Below, piece by piece: positions 20,071 to 29,746 of a stretch of DNA of 64,000 bases; positions within the stretch are counted from its first letter, which is position 1; every line of letters starts with the position of its first letter. The notes under the pieces are model-generated. The model ran no database searches, had not been told where the DNA came from, and was given only the letters and a program-made list of their open reading frames with translations. Position numbers and translations under genes: made by a program. This DNA comes from an uncultured bacterium. GTDB taxonomy: Bacteria; CSSED10-310; CAZUFC01. The stretch spans positions 1-64,000 of the forward strand of contig CAZUFC010000029.1 in the NCBI GenBank assembly GCA_964619725.1, given 5' to 3'.

Positions 20071-23000
20071 ATGATAGAGTCATTGAAAATCGGAGACGTG
20101 GTTGAAACGCCGCCAGTGCATACGGTCATAAGGCTTGAACAAGGTAAAAAAGAATCAGAAACCATCGCAACAGATTTCGTCTTTACCTCTGAGGTTTTTT
20201 CTCACGTGACGGTATTGTGCGATGCCTTGATGTCCGCTACGGGAAGAGGTTTTTTCCTGCAGGGCGATTTCGGTTCAGGGAAAACTCATTTCCTGGCCGT
20301 CCTGTCAGCCTGGTTGAACAACGCTCCGGGGTCGGAAGTCCTGGAAGAAAAGCATGGCGGATTAAAAAAACTGAAAGAGTCCGGGAAAAAATTTATAACG
20401 GCTGACGTTTCGCTGATCAGATTCCGGTCCGCTACTTTACTCGAAAGGATTATTGTAGAATCCGTTCAAGAGGCGTTGAAGGAAAAACTCAGCCGTCCGG
20501 TGCGCTTGACGCCCCTGGCCGTCTTTCTTGAGGAACTCAAGGAAACGCTTAAGCAGGAAGAACCTGCGATGAGTTTTGCTAAAGAAGCGGGGATAAAGCC
20601 TGAGGAGATTTCGACTTTTATTGAAAAGCGTCCCAGGAAATCTTACACTCTGGGGATCAATGTTTACAGGCAAATGGGTATCGAATCGCCGGAATCGCTG
20701 GTGGAAGAGCGGCATGAGACTTTCCGGAGAATGATGGATGCTGTTCAGGATGCCGGATATGACGGCCTTGTCGTTTTACTGGATGAATTGTCGGAATTTT
20801 TCAGATCGAAACCGGATGCCAGGGCTTTGAACGAAGATGCCCGTACGCTTCAGTTATTCGGAGAACTCACCGCCGAATCGCCGTTATGGATACTCGGAGC
20901 GGTGCAGGAAAGCATAGAACGAACGGGCGATATTGCCCAGGTGACTTTCCGAAAAATCAAAGACCGTTTTCCCGTTAAATTCGCTTTATCTTCGGTGCAT
21001 ATTAAATCATTAATTGAAAAGAGACTCAGGAAATGGAAACCTGCAGCGCAAAGTCATATTCAGGGGATATATGATTATCTGAGGCGTCAATTCGGGTCTT
21101 TTCAGTGGACATTTGAAGATTTTTATGCGGTATATCCGGTTCATCCCTTGACCATTTCATTATTGGACGGATTGAGCGATCTTTTTTCCGTTCACCGGGG
21201 AATAGTGGATTTCGTCCATACCCGGATAGCCGGAGACCCCAGCCGGGGAATCAGGGGGATACTCGACCGTGCCTGTTACGAACTGCTGGGACCGGACAGC
21301 ATTTACGACCATTTTTCACAAAAAATGGCGGAATTTTCCGCATTTCACATATATCCACGGCATATCGTGCCTCATTTGGATGAAACGATAGATCGGATCA
21401 TTGTTGAGGAAGAGGATAGAATGCTTGCCAGACGGATAGTACGGATTCTGGTTCTTTATCAGATTCATCCGACCGAAAAGACGCCGCCCATGCGGGAATT
21501 GACGGAGCTGGCGGCATGCGCCATAGCCGACCAGGACCCTGATTTAAACTATCAATTTGTGAGTGAGGTGATCCTGGACCCGTTATGTCTGGAGAGCAAG
21601 TTCCTGGTGAAGAGGCCCTCGAAGTCCGGCGATCCTCTGGACGCGGCGTATGAAGTGGTATCACGCGAGGACCCGACGAAGAACTTGAAAGCGCGCCTGG
21701 CGCAGGTTGCATCGGATATCCCGGACGACGATACGCGACTTTTGACTTCCGCGCTTTCTGCCTTGCCTGAATCTTCTTCCTGGCCGGGTCCCGCCGTATG
21801 GTCTCAGGGAGTAAGGCGAACTGTCAAATGGCGTCAAAGCGCCCGCGAAGCGTTCGTTTTATTTCTCGATCCTGCTGTTGCCGGCGATGAAGAAGATATC
21901 TTTTCAGATGATAGAATTAATCGAGTCCTTGAAGCGGAAAAGGCTGATTTCAGTGTATTAGTAACTGTAGGCAAAAGCAGTCTTAAAAACCAGAATTGCG
22001 CTGTCTGGCAAATTCCTTTTCCTCCTGGGGAGAAGAACCTGGAAATACTCAAGGAATATTTCGCCGCCAGACAGATATCCGAATCCCTGAAACCGTCGAA
22101 TCCAGCAGAAGCGCCGTTGATTCAACATGTGAAGGAACTGCTGAAACGACTCGAACCTGCGGCTCAGCAGCAGGCCCTGGACCTTTTTTACCAGGGGACC
22201 TTTACGTATCCGGACATAAAGATAGACCCCGTGGTAAAACAGTTGAAAGTTTTTAACCGGATATTGGAAGAAGCGGGGAATCATTTGCTGGAGCTGCGAT
22301 ATCCGGGATTCCGCGAAATAGAACCGAAAAAGGTCGAACCTTTTCCCAGGTTATACCAGAGGCTGCTGGATGAATTCGTTATACCCGGTTCCCTCACGCT
22401 TCGGGAAACGCATGTGCGCGGATTGTCGGATGCCATAGAAGGGCTTGCGAAACCTTTGGGCATGGCTGCAATGAAAGCCGGCAACTATCTGTTTTCTCCT
22501 GACCCGGAATCTCATCCGCTGCTCTCCTATCTGTTCAGTCACATTCGTCCCGGCGGAACCACGGCAACTTCCGAATTGATGCATAAGCTGGAAACCGGCA
22601 AATACGGCGTCCCCAGGAATATGGCCCGTTTCCTCATCGCAGCGCTCGCTCACGGCGGACTCATAACGCTGTTGAAAAACGGAAGGACCATTTCCGTCGA
22701 TTTTCTCCAATTAAATTCAGTGGAAAATGCCGATACTGTCGCTCCCGGCGAATTGATCAACAGGAATGACCGTAACTTCCTGCTGCAGGAATGCACTTTC
22801 CTCGAATCAGTGAAAAAAACGGAAGCTTTCGGACTGCGCAAGCAGAGAGACATATGGCGTGAACTGATTAAATATAAGGAAAAAATGAATAAGATTCTGG
22901 AAGATATGCGGAAGCAGATGGCTTCCATGGAGGATTTTTCCGCGTTTCAAACTTTGGACCGCCAGAGAATTCAATCACTGGTGAGCGGGATGGAGAACGC

Positions 23001-25089
23001 GATAGATGAAATTAAAATTTCCTATACTGCTAGAGACGGCCTGGAGCGGTTCGTCAGGGCCTGGCGCGGTTCAGGCATTACAGCGGATGACGTGGAATAT
23101 ATCCTCAAAACTCACAAGTTCTTCCAGAAATATGCCGCTCAGATTATTTTCATTAACTATTATATACGGCATTCAGCGGTCGAAGCCGCAGCTTCTGAGG
23201 ACGAACAGACGGCCGAATATCGAGAAAAAATTCTTGAGCTTGTGAATGACCTGGAAAAACTGATCCTGGAAGACCAGGTTCCGATGCTTACGGACCTGTT
23301 TGAAAGATACAGAAACCTATACGCCCACTATTATGCAGCCCGGCACAATGAATATTACGGACGCTTTGAGAAAAAAAAGCTGTCGCGCTATGCAGACAGA
23401 GCCCTCAGCCTGCTGGAAAAGCTCGCGTCCGTTGAAACGCTTGATAAGCCGGAGGGATTGGATGCGCTTATACAGGATTTACGCGGCGCGGACAGGAGAA
23501 TTTGCAATAGAAATCTCACGGAAGAATTGATGAGAGCCCCTGTGTGCAGTTGCGATTATGAACCTCAGAAGGATGATACGACGCCGGAAGAGACGCAAAA
23601 ACCCGAGGACCGTATCGAGGGGTTTTTAAATGACTATCTTGATATACTCAAAGGCGCTAAAGTGCGGGAAGCCGTTTCAGCCCGAATTTACGCAGTCGCA
23701 GAAGTCATGCCCGAAAGCGCGGAAAGATTGAAAAGGTTCAGTCGCTTCATTCAAGACCAACATTCCTCCGCAGCCGGCCTGCTTGACGTTCTTGATGACA
23801 TCGTTCTGGATGAAATTTCACGGGCCCTGTCGGGACGCATTAAAATTGAAAGACGCAGTTTTAAATCGCTTGAAAGAAAACTGAGAGGGAGACGTTTAAC
23901 TCCTAATCAATTGTATGACGTATTTAGAGAATGGATATCGCTAGCCCCGGAAGACAGCGTTATTTCAATCGAAGATGTCGGCGCTGCGATTGATGAAGAT
24001 GAAACGCAGACGACAGCTCCGTCAAAAAAAGAGTTTTCCTGGTGGAAAGCCCTTCATCCTGAATTGTTCAGAGAACAGGAACCGAGAGCCGTCAGCGGAT
24101 TAGAAGCCAAGCTGGAGAATACCCTGCCTGTTGCGGAATTCAAAGATGAATTGAAGCGTTTCAACGCTAAACAGCTTTACGATTTTATCCTGAATGAGAA
24201 ATTTCACCTGCATGCCGTCCGTTGCGCCTGGCTTATCTTGGCAGAAAGGGTCCTCGGCGGGGAAGTATTTCCGACCTCAGCAGAGTTTAAATCACAATAC
24301 TATGACAGAGAAAAAGCGGTTCGAATTACGGATCGTCTCACCGCTCTCAAACGGTTCGATACATTGCATCGGCAAAATTTACCCGAAGCCCTGAAAACCC
24401 GGCTTCCGCTGGCAGATATGCTGGTTGATTCCTGGATTACGAACGATCTCAGAAGCACGGTATTGCTCGAACTGCATAAAATCGCCGCCAGGGGAGATGA
24501 ATGGTTGAGTTCGCTGAAAGATGCGGAACCGCTGATCTTGAAAGAATATCCCATAGTATTGATCCTGGACGGCGTTGCTCCGGATGTCTGGCTGCAGGCG
24601 ACGGAGAACCTGGGTCCAAATATGCTGAGGGAATTCGAAATATCCTGGAGACGCTTGACGGTTCCTCCTAAAACCCGGGATGCCCTGGCTGCCATGTTCG
24701 ATTTTACGGGCGATCCGGTCGAAGAGTTTCACGCGCGGGATATTCCCTACGTTAATGTAAAAGGCGATGAAACTTCTAACCTGGAACAGCTTTTGCCCCC
24801 ATATTCGGAAGCGAAGCCCCTGATCATCCGTATTGCCCTGATTGATAAAGAAGCTCATTCAGCGCGCATGAGGTTGCCGGAAATGCCCGCCGTAGTCGCC
24901 AGAGCGCTCGAAAGCGAATTGCCCTTCATGAAAAGACTGGCTGTTTCCAAAAACGTCCCCCTGATCATTACCGCTGACCACGGCATGTCGCTGACGCCCA
25001 AAGGACTGACTCACGGCAAAGGAGGCGTTTACGAAGAAGCTGTATTTCGGGCTGCTTTAAGGTTTTCGACGGGTAAAAAGAAGGACTGA
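20071..25089 (+). CDS. BrxC/DUF6079-like P-loop ATPase fused to a PglZ-like alkaline-phosphatase-fold domain
   Basis: Walker A GDFGSGKTH, Walker B VVLLDELSEF, KIKDRF, YPVHP, C..(x11)PVCSC motif. C-terminal VLILDGV..D.W, IITADHG and HGKG...EE motifs. Confidence 0.72.
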   Translation: MIESLKIGDVVETPPVHTVIRLEQGKKESETIATDFVFTSEVFSHVTVLCDALMSATGRGFFLQGDFGSGKTHFLAVLSAWLNNAPGSEVLEEKHGGLKKLKESGKKFITADVSLIRFRSATLLERIIVESVQEALKEKLSRPVRLTPLAVFLEELKETLKQEEPAMSFAKEAGIKPEEISTFIEKRPRKSYTLGINVYRQMGIESPESLVEERHETFRRMMDAVQDAGYDGLVVLLDELSEFFRSKPDARALNEDARTLQLFGELTAESPLWILGAVQESIERTGDIAQVTFRKIKDRFPVKFALSSVHIKSLIEKRLRKWKPAAQSHIQGIYDYLRRQFGSFQWTFEDFYAVYPVHPLTISLLDGLSDLFSVHRGIVDFVHTRIAGDPSRGIRGILDRACYELLGPDSIYDHFSQKMAEFSAFHIYPRHIVPHLDETIDRIIVEEEDRMLARRIVRILVLYQIHPTEKTPPMRELTELAACAIADQDPDLNYQFVSEVILDPLCLESKFLVKRPSKSGDPLDAAYEVVSREDPTKNLKARLAQVASDIPDDDTRLLTSALSALPESSSWPGPAVWSQGVRRTVKWRQSAREAFVLFLDPAVAGDEEDIFSDDRINRVLEAEKADFSVLVTVGKSSLKNQNCAVWQIPFPPGEKNLEILKEYFAARQISESLKPSNPAEAPLIQHVKELLKRLEPAAQQQALDLFYQGTFTYPDIKIDPVVKQLKVFNRILEEAGNHLLELRYPGFREIEPKKVEPFPRLYQRLLDEFVIPGSLTLRETHVRGLSDAIEGLAKPLGMAAMKAGNYLFSPDPESHPLLSYLFSHIRPGGTTATSELMHKLETGKYGVPRNMARFLIAALAHGGLITLLKNGRTISVDFLQLNSVENADTVAPGELINRNDRNFLLQECTFLESVKKTEAFGLRKQRDIWRELIKYKEKMNKILEDMRKQMASMEDFSAFQTLDRQRIQSLVSGMENAIDEIKISYTARDGLERFVRAWRGSGITADDVEYILKTHKFFQKYAAQIIFINYYIRHSAVEAAASEDEQTAEYREKILELVNDLEKLILEDQVPMLTDLFERYRNLYAHYYAARHNEYYGRFEKKKLSRYADRALSLLEKLASVETLDKPEGLDALIQDLRGADRRICNRNLTEELMRAPVCSCDYEPQKDDTTPEETQKPEDRIEGFLNDYLDILKGAKVREAVSARIYAVAEVMPESAERLKRFSRFIQDQHSSAAGLLDVLDDIVLDEISRALSGRIKIERRSFKSLERKLRGRRLTPNQLYDVFREWISLAPEDSVISIEDVGAAIDEDETQTTAPSKKEFSWWKALHPELFREQEPRAVSGLEAKLENTLPVAEFKDELKRFNAKQLYDFILNEKFHLHAVRCAWLILAERVLGGEVFPTSAEFKSQYYDREKAVRITDRLTALKRFDTLHRQNLPEALKTRLPLADMLVDSWITNDLRSTVLLELHKIAARGDEWLSSLKDAEPLILKEYPIVLILDGVAPDVWLQATENLGPNMLREFEISWRRLTVPPKTRDALAAMFDFTGDPVEEFHARDIPYVNVKGDETSNLEQLLPPYSEAKPLIIRIALIDKEAHSARMRLPEMPAVVARALESELPFMKRLAVSKNVPLIITADHGMSLTPKGLTHGKGGVYEEAVFRAALRFSTGKKKD

Positions 25090-25242
25090 CCAGACGTCGG
25101 CTATGGCGCTGATCTTGTTAACAAACGAGTGACCCTTAATAACCTGCAACCTGACTGATGATTTGCGTATTATCATGAGCGCTCAAGAGCTTGACTTATG
25201 AAGCACAAATGTGCATACTTTTCTTGGAGGGAGGATTGGCGA

Positions 25243-25518
25243 GTGGATATCGGATTTGTTTGGGAAGAAACAAAATATCTTGAGGTTTTAGAAAAGCATA
25301 ATGTCAGATTTTATGAGGTTGTTTCTTCTTTTGATGATGATAACGGATACGAGACGCCTGATCCTGCCGGACATGAAGATCGATGGTTATGGGTTGGAGC
25401 TACGGTCGAAAACCGTATTCTGGCAGTAGTGTATTCCGAAGAGGAACTTCCTCTTTATCGTTTAATAACGGCATTTGATGCTGAGGAGGCATGGCTGAAT
25501 GAATATTACAGAAAATAG
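25243..25518 (+). CDS. brnT: BrnT-family toxin
   Basis: GFVWEE.K......KHNVRF.E....F.D...EDRW..VG....RILAVVY......RLITA pattern. GTG start at 25243 after GGAGG. Confidence 0.85.
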   Translation: MDIGFVWEETKYLEVLEKHNVRFYEVVSSFDDDNGYETPDPAGHEDRWLWVGATVENRILAVVYSEEELPLYRLITAFDAEEAWLNEYYRK

Positions 25519-25813
25519 AAATTTTGATTATCAGGATTACATGAAAAAAAAGACTCCTGAGAGGGATAAAATTCGCAGGGGAAAAGATGAGCGAACTAAG
25601 CGGCGTGAGATGGCGAAAACGCGAATCACCATCCGGATAGACGAAGACATTCTGCATAAATTTAAAGAGCTGACTCCTGCGGGACGAGGATACCAGACTT
25701 TAATCAACCAGGCTCTGAAGGAATGGATAGACGCCCGGAGCGTTAAAGAGCTCATCCGCAAAGAACTACCTGAAATCCTTGATAAAGCCGTTTCATCACG
25801 ATCTCAGCGCTGA
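25499..25813 (+). CDS. brnA: BrnA-family antitoxin
   Basis: KTRITIRIDEDIL..FK......GYQTLINQAL ribbon-helix-helix motif; overlaps the toxin gene. Confidence 0.88.
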   Translation: MNITENRNFDYQDYMKKKTPERDKIRRGKDERTKRREMAKTRITIRIDEDILHKFKELTPAGRGYQTLINQALKEWIDARSVKELIRKELPEILDKAVSSRSQR

Positions 25814-25866
25814 GGAAGTGTTATTATTTCAGAAGGGGTTGCGAAGAAATTGTCTGCAGGGCTGTT

Positions 25867-26658
25867 CTATGCTTTTCGACGGGTAAAAAGAAGGGCTGAC
25901 CATACGTCGTCTATGGAGATGATCTTGTAATCGACTATTCCAACAGCAAGGCCGGTTTTCCTGACGACGGCTTGAGACAAGCCGGATGCGACGCCTGAAG
26001 TTTTTTTGGGCCAGGCTATCCATATGGAGCCGTTATGGTTCAACCCGTTGATCATGGCTTCCAGGCGATCATCAAGGACTTTTTTTGTTAAGGCGAACCA
26101 GATGATTAAATCATGATCGCTTGTGATCTTTCGGACAATCTTTGTTCCTGGGGGAACCGTTCCCAGGTTGCTGATGAACTCATCAGGCGGATTGATGACC
26201 GCTATCGACATATTTTGCTTAATTCCGAGTTTCTTAGGCAACGGAGTTTTAGAATAAGCGGCAAAAACCGAGGAAGGGACGACCGGATTCTCAGGCGCAT
26301 TTTGCATGGCTTCATGAAGCTCTTCGGCTACATTATTCCATGAAGAGAAAACGGCATCCGGCAATAATTCTTTAATTTTAGAAACCTTGGCTGGATCGCC
26401 TCCAACGAAGATAAGGGGAACGAACCGGGTGGCCTTGTAATGTCGCAGGTTCAGGGCGATATCCCGTCCTTGCGAGGGAAGACGTGACAGGTCGATGACG
26501 AAAGCAGCCGGCGGATTTTTTCGGATTTCTTTCAGCAAAGCAGGCGTCACAGCATTATAATCGCATCTGAAACCCGATGCTTCAAGCTTTTCGACGCATT
26601 TTGCCGCTTCACTCTCCTTCCAGTGAATAAGACGGACGTTTTTCATTTTAAAAAGCAA
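25867..26658 (-). CDS. Receiver-like domain fused to a DUF3052-like domain
   Basis: N-terminal VIDLSRLPSQGRD...PLIFVGG; C-terminal L.KKLGIK...IWIAWPKK.SG......GIVDYKI.SID..WSAL.F. Confidence 0.7.
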   Translation of the reverse strand: MLFKMKNVRLIHWKESEAAKCVEKLEASGFRCDYNAVTPALLKEIRKNPPAAFVIDLSRLPSQGRDIALNLRHYKATRFVPLIFVGGDPAKVSKIKELLPDAVFSSWNNVAEELHEAMQNAPENPVVPSSVFAAYSKTPLPKKLGIKQNMSIAVINPPDEFISNLGTVPPGTKIVRKITSDHDLIIWFALTKKVLDDRLEAMINGLNHNGSIWIAWPKKTSGVASGLSQAVVRKTGLAVGIVDYKIISIDDVWSALLFTRRKA

Positions 26659-26813
26659 CCTCCAATCGATGTTTCTTTATCCCGCAATTTTTGCGCAACG
26701 AGACGGATATCTAAGGGGAATCATAAGAGAATTGACTGATTTGTTCAAATGCAGAAGACGGCATCATGCGGAATTTAACGGCGAATCGAACGAATCTGAC
26801 GAATGAGGGGATG

Positions 26814-27375
26814 GATTGATCAAAAATGAGTCTTTTAAGGTTACAATTCTACAGAATATCACATCATTTATAACGGACCTGAGAAAATTGATGTTTGGGC
26901 TGTGACCAGTAAGAAAAACAACCCCCCGATCCGCTAATGCTGAGACTTCGCCTGCGTCTCATCTCAGCATAAGCGTATCTTTCCCCTCTTTTGCTAAGGG
27001 GGATTTCAATACGCCGATTTTTTTGATTGGTTCACTCAGTTAAACGTTTTGAAAAGAGAGTGTAACCCCGGTTTGATCAGTCCCAGGAAATTTTTAGAAT
27101 ATGATCAGGATAACACATATCATCTCGTAGTTATTTTCTTGCGACCCCGATACAAACGGCCCTCGATGAAATAAACAGGGGATTTCAATCAATCAAAGGT
27201 TTTATGAAAAAGTTCAGTCCAGAGATGATCAGTCCCAAAATCCCGTTTATTTTTTGAGACGGTTAATTTTCAGATGCAGGTTTTGTTTAACCTAAAGATT
27301 TTAAATTCCAGTCGTCCCTTCTCTCCCTTAGGTCCCTTAGGTCCTTTAGGTCCCTTTGTCCTTTTGTCCCTTCGT
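26814..27375. repeat. Mosaic of family B segments, a hairpin element and a 9-mer array
   Basis: ATTGATCAAAAATGAGTC at 26815; TGTAACCCCGGTTTGATCAGTCCC at 27061-27084; 27140-27375 parallels 1140-1420; ATGCTGAGA...TCTCAGCAT hairpin at 26937-26970. Confidence 0.7.
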
Positions 27376-27655
27376 TTTTTTTTATCCTTATATCATTAAA
27401 TGCCTACCAGAAAACAATTTGAATAATTTAGCAGTAACTGTCCACAAACGAATTTTTAGTCGGTTCGAAATTTCGCGGATAAGAAAGCAAGCCCGGCATT
27501 GGTAAATGATTAAAGTATTTTTGAAGAATTGATATCTGTGAAATCACGTGAATTTACGCGAAAACAAAGCATCAAGGCAATCGTCTGCCGGTCAGGTCTG
27601 CAATTTGCGTGGACGAACATGCCTTCACTGCCTATAATGGCTGGAAGGAGGAATT

Positions 27656-28219
27656 ATGATGAATGAATTCAAAGAGGTTTCCGTCAATAAAGCTTACCGG
27701 TTGATCAATCATGGTCCGACACTCCTGGTGTCGACCGTTTCAGAGAATAATGAGTATGATATCGCGCCTATCGCCTGGAATTGTCCCGCGCAGAAGGCTC
27801 CGACAAGAATTGCGATTATGGTGGGGAAAAGTCACATGACTTATCAGAACATAGAATCTGCGGGAGAGTTTATCGCGTGCGTTCCTCACGTAAGTCAGGC
27901 GGAGATCGTGATGAAACTGGGCTCCGCGTCGGGAAGGGACGTTGATAAAATCGGGAAATTCGGAGTAGAAACATTTGAAGGATCAAAAGTCAAGGTTAGA
28001 ATCCCGGCGGAATCTATGGGCTATCTGGAATGCAGAGTTGCAGATATCATTCACATGAGCAACACCGGTCTGATTATCGGCGAATGCGTTTACGCTGCAG
28101 CAGGGATAAAAGCGTTTGATGAGCGCGTGTTAACGGAAAATTACGAGGGAAAATCCCTCCATCATCTGGGCGGAAAGACTTTTGCCGTGCCGGACATCCC
28201 TTTTAATGTTTCATCATAA
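27656..28219 (+). CDS. Flavin reductase-like (split-barrel) protein
   Basis: AYRLINHGPT.LVS, GS.SGRD.DK, LECRV and LHHLGG motifs; RBS AGGAGG. Confidence 0.88.
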   Translation: MMNEFKEVSVNKAYRLINHGPTLLVSTVSENNEYDIAPIAWNCPAQKAPTRIAIMVGKSHMTYQNIESAGEFIACVPHVSQAEIVMKLGSASGRDVDKIGKFGVETFEGSKVKVRIPAESMGYLECRVADIIHMSNTGLIIGECVYAAAGIKAFDERVLTENYEGKSLHHLGGKTFAVPDIPFNVSS

Positions 28220-28334
28220 AAGTATTCGGTGTTGCTCAAATAGCCCCTTTCGAGGTTATAATTTTCTCAGCCTTTAACAATAAAGAAGCCTGGAAAATCT
28301 GATAAAAACAAAACGCCTCTCCTCGTCATAATTT

Positions 28335-28610
28335 ATTCCGATACCGACGCCGATAACTAAGCAAACAACTCTTGATGAGAAAACAGCGGTGAGTTCTTCA
28401 GGCAGACATTTGTGGGAGAGGGGCAGTTTATTATGAGGATTTCATCAGTCAAATATTGGCATTGACCAAAAATGCGTTTTTTTAGGTGACAATCTGACAG
28501 AATGACCCGTCATTTTGTTTCGATTTCGATTGCGACCCGATACCGACCCCGGTTACTGAAACGAACCGTCAAAACTTTTTAAAGAAGTGTTAACGCGATT
28601 TGATCAATCT
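28335..28610. repeat. Family B segments, including a compact copy of about 150 bp (28458-28609)
   Basis: GGCATTGACCAAAAATGCG...few hexamers...GATTTGATCAATC. Confidence 0.7.
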
Positions 28611-28642
28611 AGAGATTTTTAACAAAAACAACCGCTAACATT

Positions 28643-29746
28643 TTAGCCGATCTGTTGAGACAGTGACCGGGGCGGATCATAACCGCAGAATTCAGTAATT
28701 TTTCCTTCTCCGATTCTAAATCTGACGAGTGTTTCGGATGCTGGACCGCAGGCAGTGACTTTCTGTAACCATGTTTTTCTGATGGTTTCATTCATGAGGA
28801 ACTGAACTGTTCCATCGAGTGTATGCCGGCTGAAAGCGCCGAGGACAACCGCTTTATTTCCGTCACCGCTTGAATCCCCAAGCCCTTTTGTGTATATTAC
28901 GCTGAAACTTTCTCCGTCTTTGAAATAGCTGGGTTGCTTGCATTCGTAAAAATCTGTTGCGACGCCGTTTACTAGATTTTCTATACCTAAACGTCCATCC
29001 GAGGTATCTCTCAAAAGGGGGCCCTGTTTGAATGCTTTTGGTCTGACGACATAACGGTAGCCTTTTAACATTTTTTCACTTATATTAGCCCATTGAGCTA
29101 CCAGAGATTGGACAAAGGAAACTGCTCCAGGTCCTCCAAGGAACAGCCAGTTCCTGCCGGGATTCAGGTTATGTCCCGATGGATGAATCATGACGACTTG
29201 AAGAGGATTATGGTTGTAAAGGTAGGGATTAAAAAGTTTGAACAGTTTTTGCTGCAAATCGAATGCTGTTTTTAATGTTCTATGATTTACTCCAGCTACT
29301 TCACCGAATTCTTCGAGGGGGATGATAATATCGAGACCGCTAAAGAAAAGTTCATACCAGAATTTACCTTGAAGATTTTCTTCTGAAATCCTTTGAATCA
29401 ATGCATGGAGTGAATTCTGAGCAGTGTATCGGCAAATTTGGAATTCACTCAAATACGAAGGAATCGAAACTTCTTTATGCAAAATTATAGGAAAGACTTT
29501 CTTTCCAAGGCTTTTCGCTAATTTCACTTCAATAGGAATCCAATCTGACCCGATAGAATTTTTGGATAAAACGGGCAGGATAATTGAGCTGGCGACGAGA
29601 TGTTTTATAATTTCCTTATCCCATTGGACGCCTGTTTTTAGATTTCTGTCGTACCAGACCGCTACTCCCTTCTCATTTAATTCCGAATATATATAATCGA
29701 CAAGCGCTCTGTCCTCTGAGCAGTAACTTATGAAAACGTCACTCAT
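28643..29746 (-). CDS. TIR-domain protein with an uncharacterised C-terminal domain
   Basis: DVFISY..ED, GV.VWYD, LSKNSIGSDWIPIEV (putative catalytic Glu) and VFPIIL motifs. Confidence 0.88.
   Translation of the reverse strand: MSDVFISYCSEDRALVDYIYSELNEKGVAVWYDRNLKTGVQWDKEIIKHLVASSIILPVLSKNSIGSDWIPIEVKLAKSLGKKVFPIILHKEVSIPSYLSEFQICRYTAQNSLHALIQRISEENLQGKFWYELFFSGLDIIIPLEEFGEVAGVNHRTLKTAFDLQQKLFKLFNPYLYNHNPLQVVMIHPSGHNLNPGRNWLFLGGPGAVSFVQSLVAQWANISEKMLKGYRYVVRPKAFKQGPLLRDTSDGRLGIENLVNGVATDFYECKQPSYFKDGESFSVIYTKGLGDSSGDGNKAVVLGAFSRHTLDGTVQFLMNETIRKTWLQKVTACGPASETLVRFRIGEGKITEFCGYDPPRSLSQQIG

Larger units (their letters stand above)
25051..25928. repeat. Direct repeat of about 68 bp (25051-25118 and 25861-25928) bracketing the toxin-antitoxin pair
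   Basis: 59 of 68 positions identical by manual alignment at an offset of 810 bp. Confidence 0.9.
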
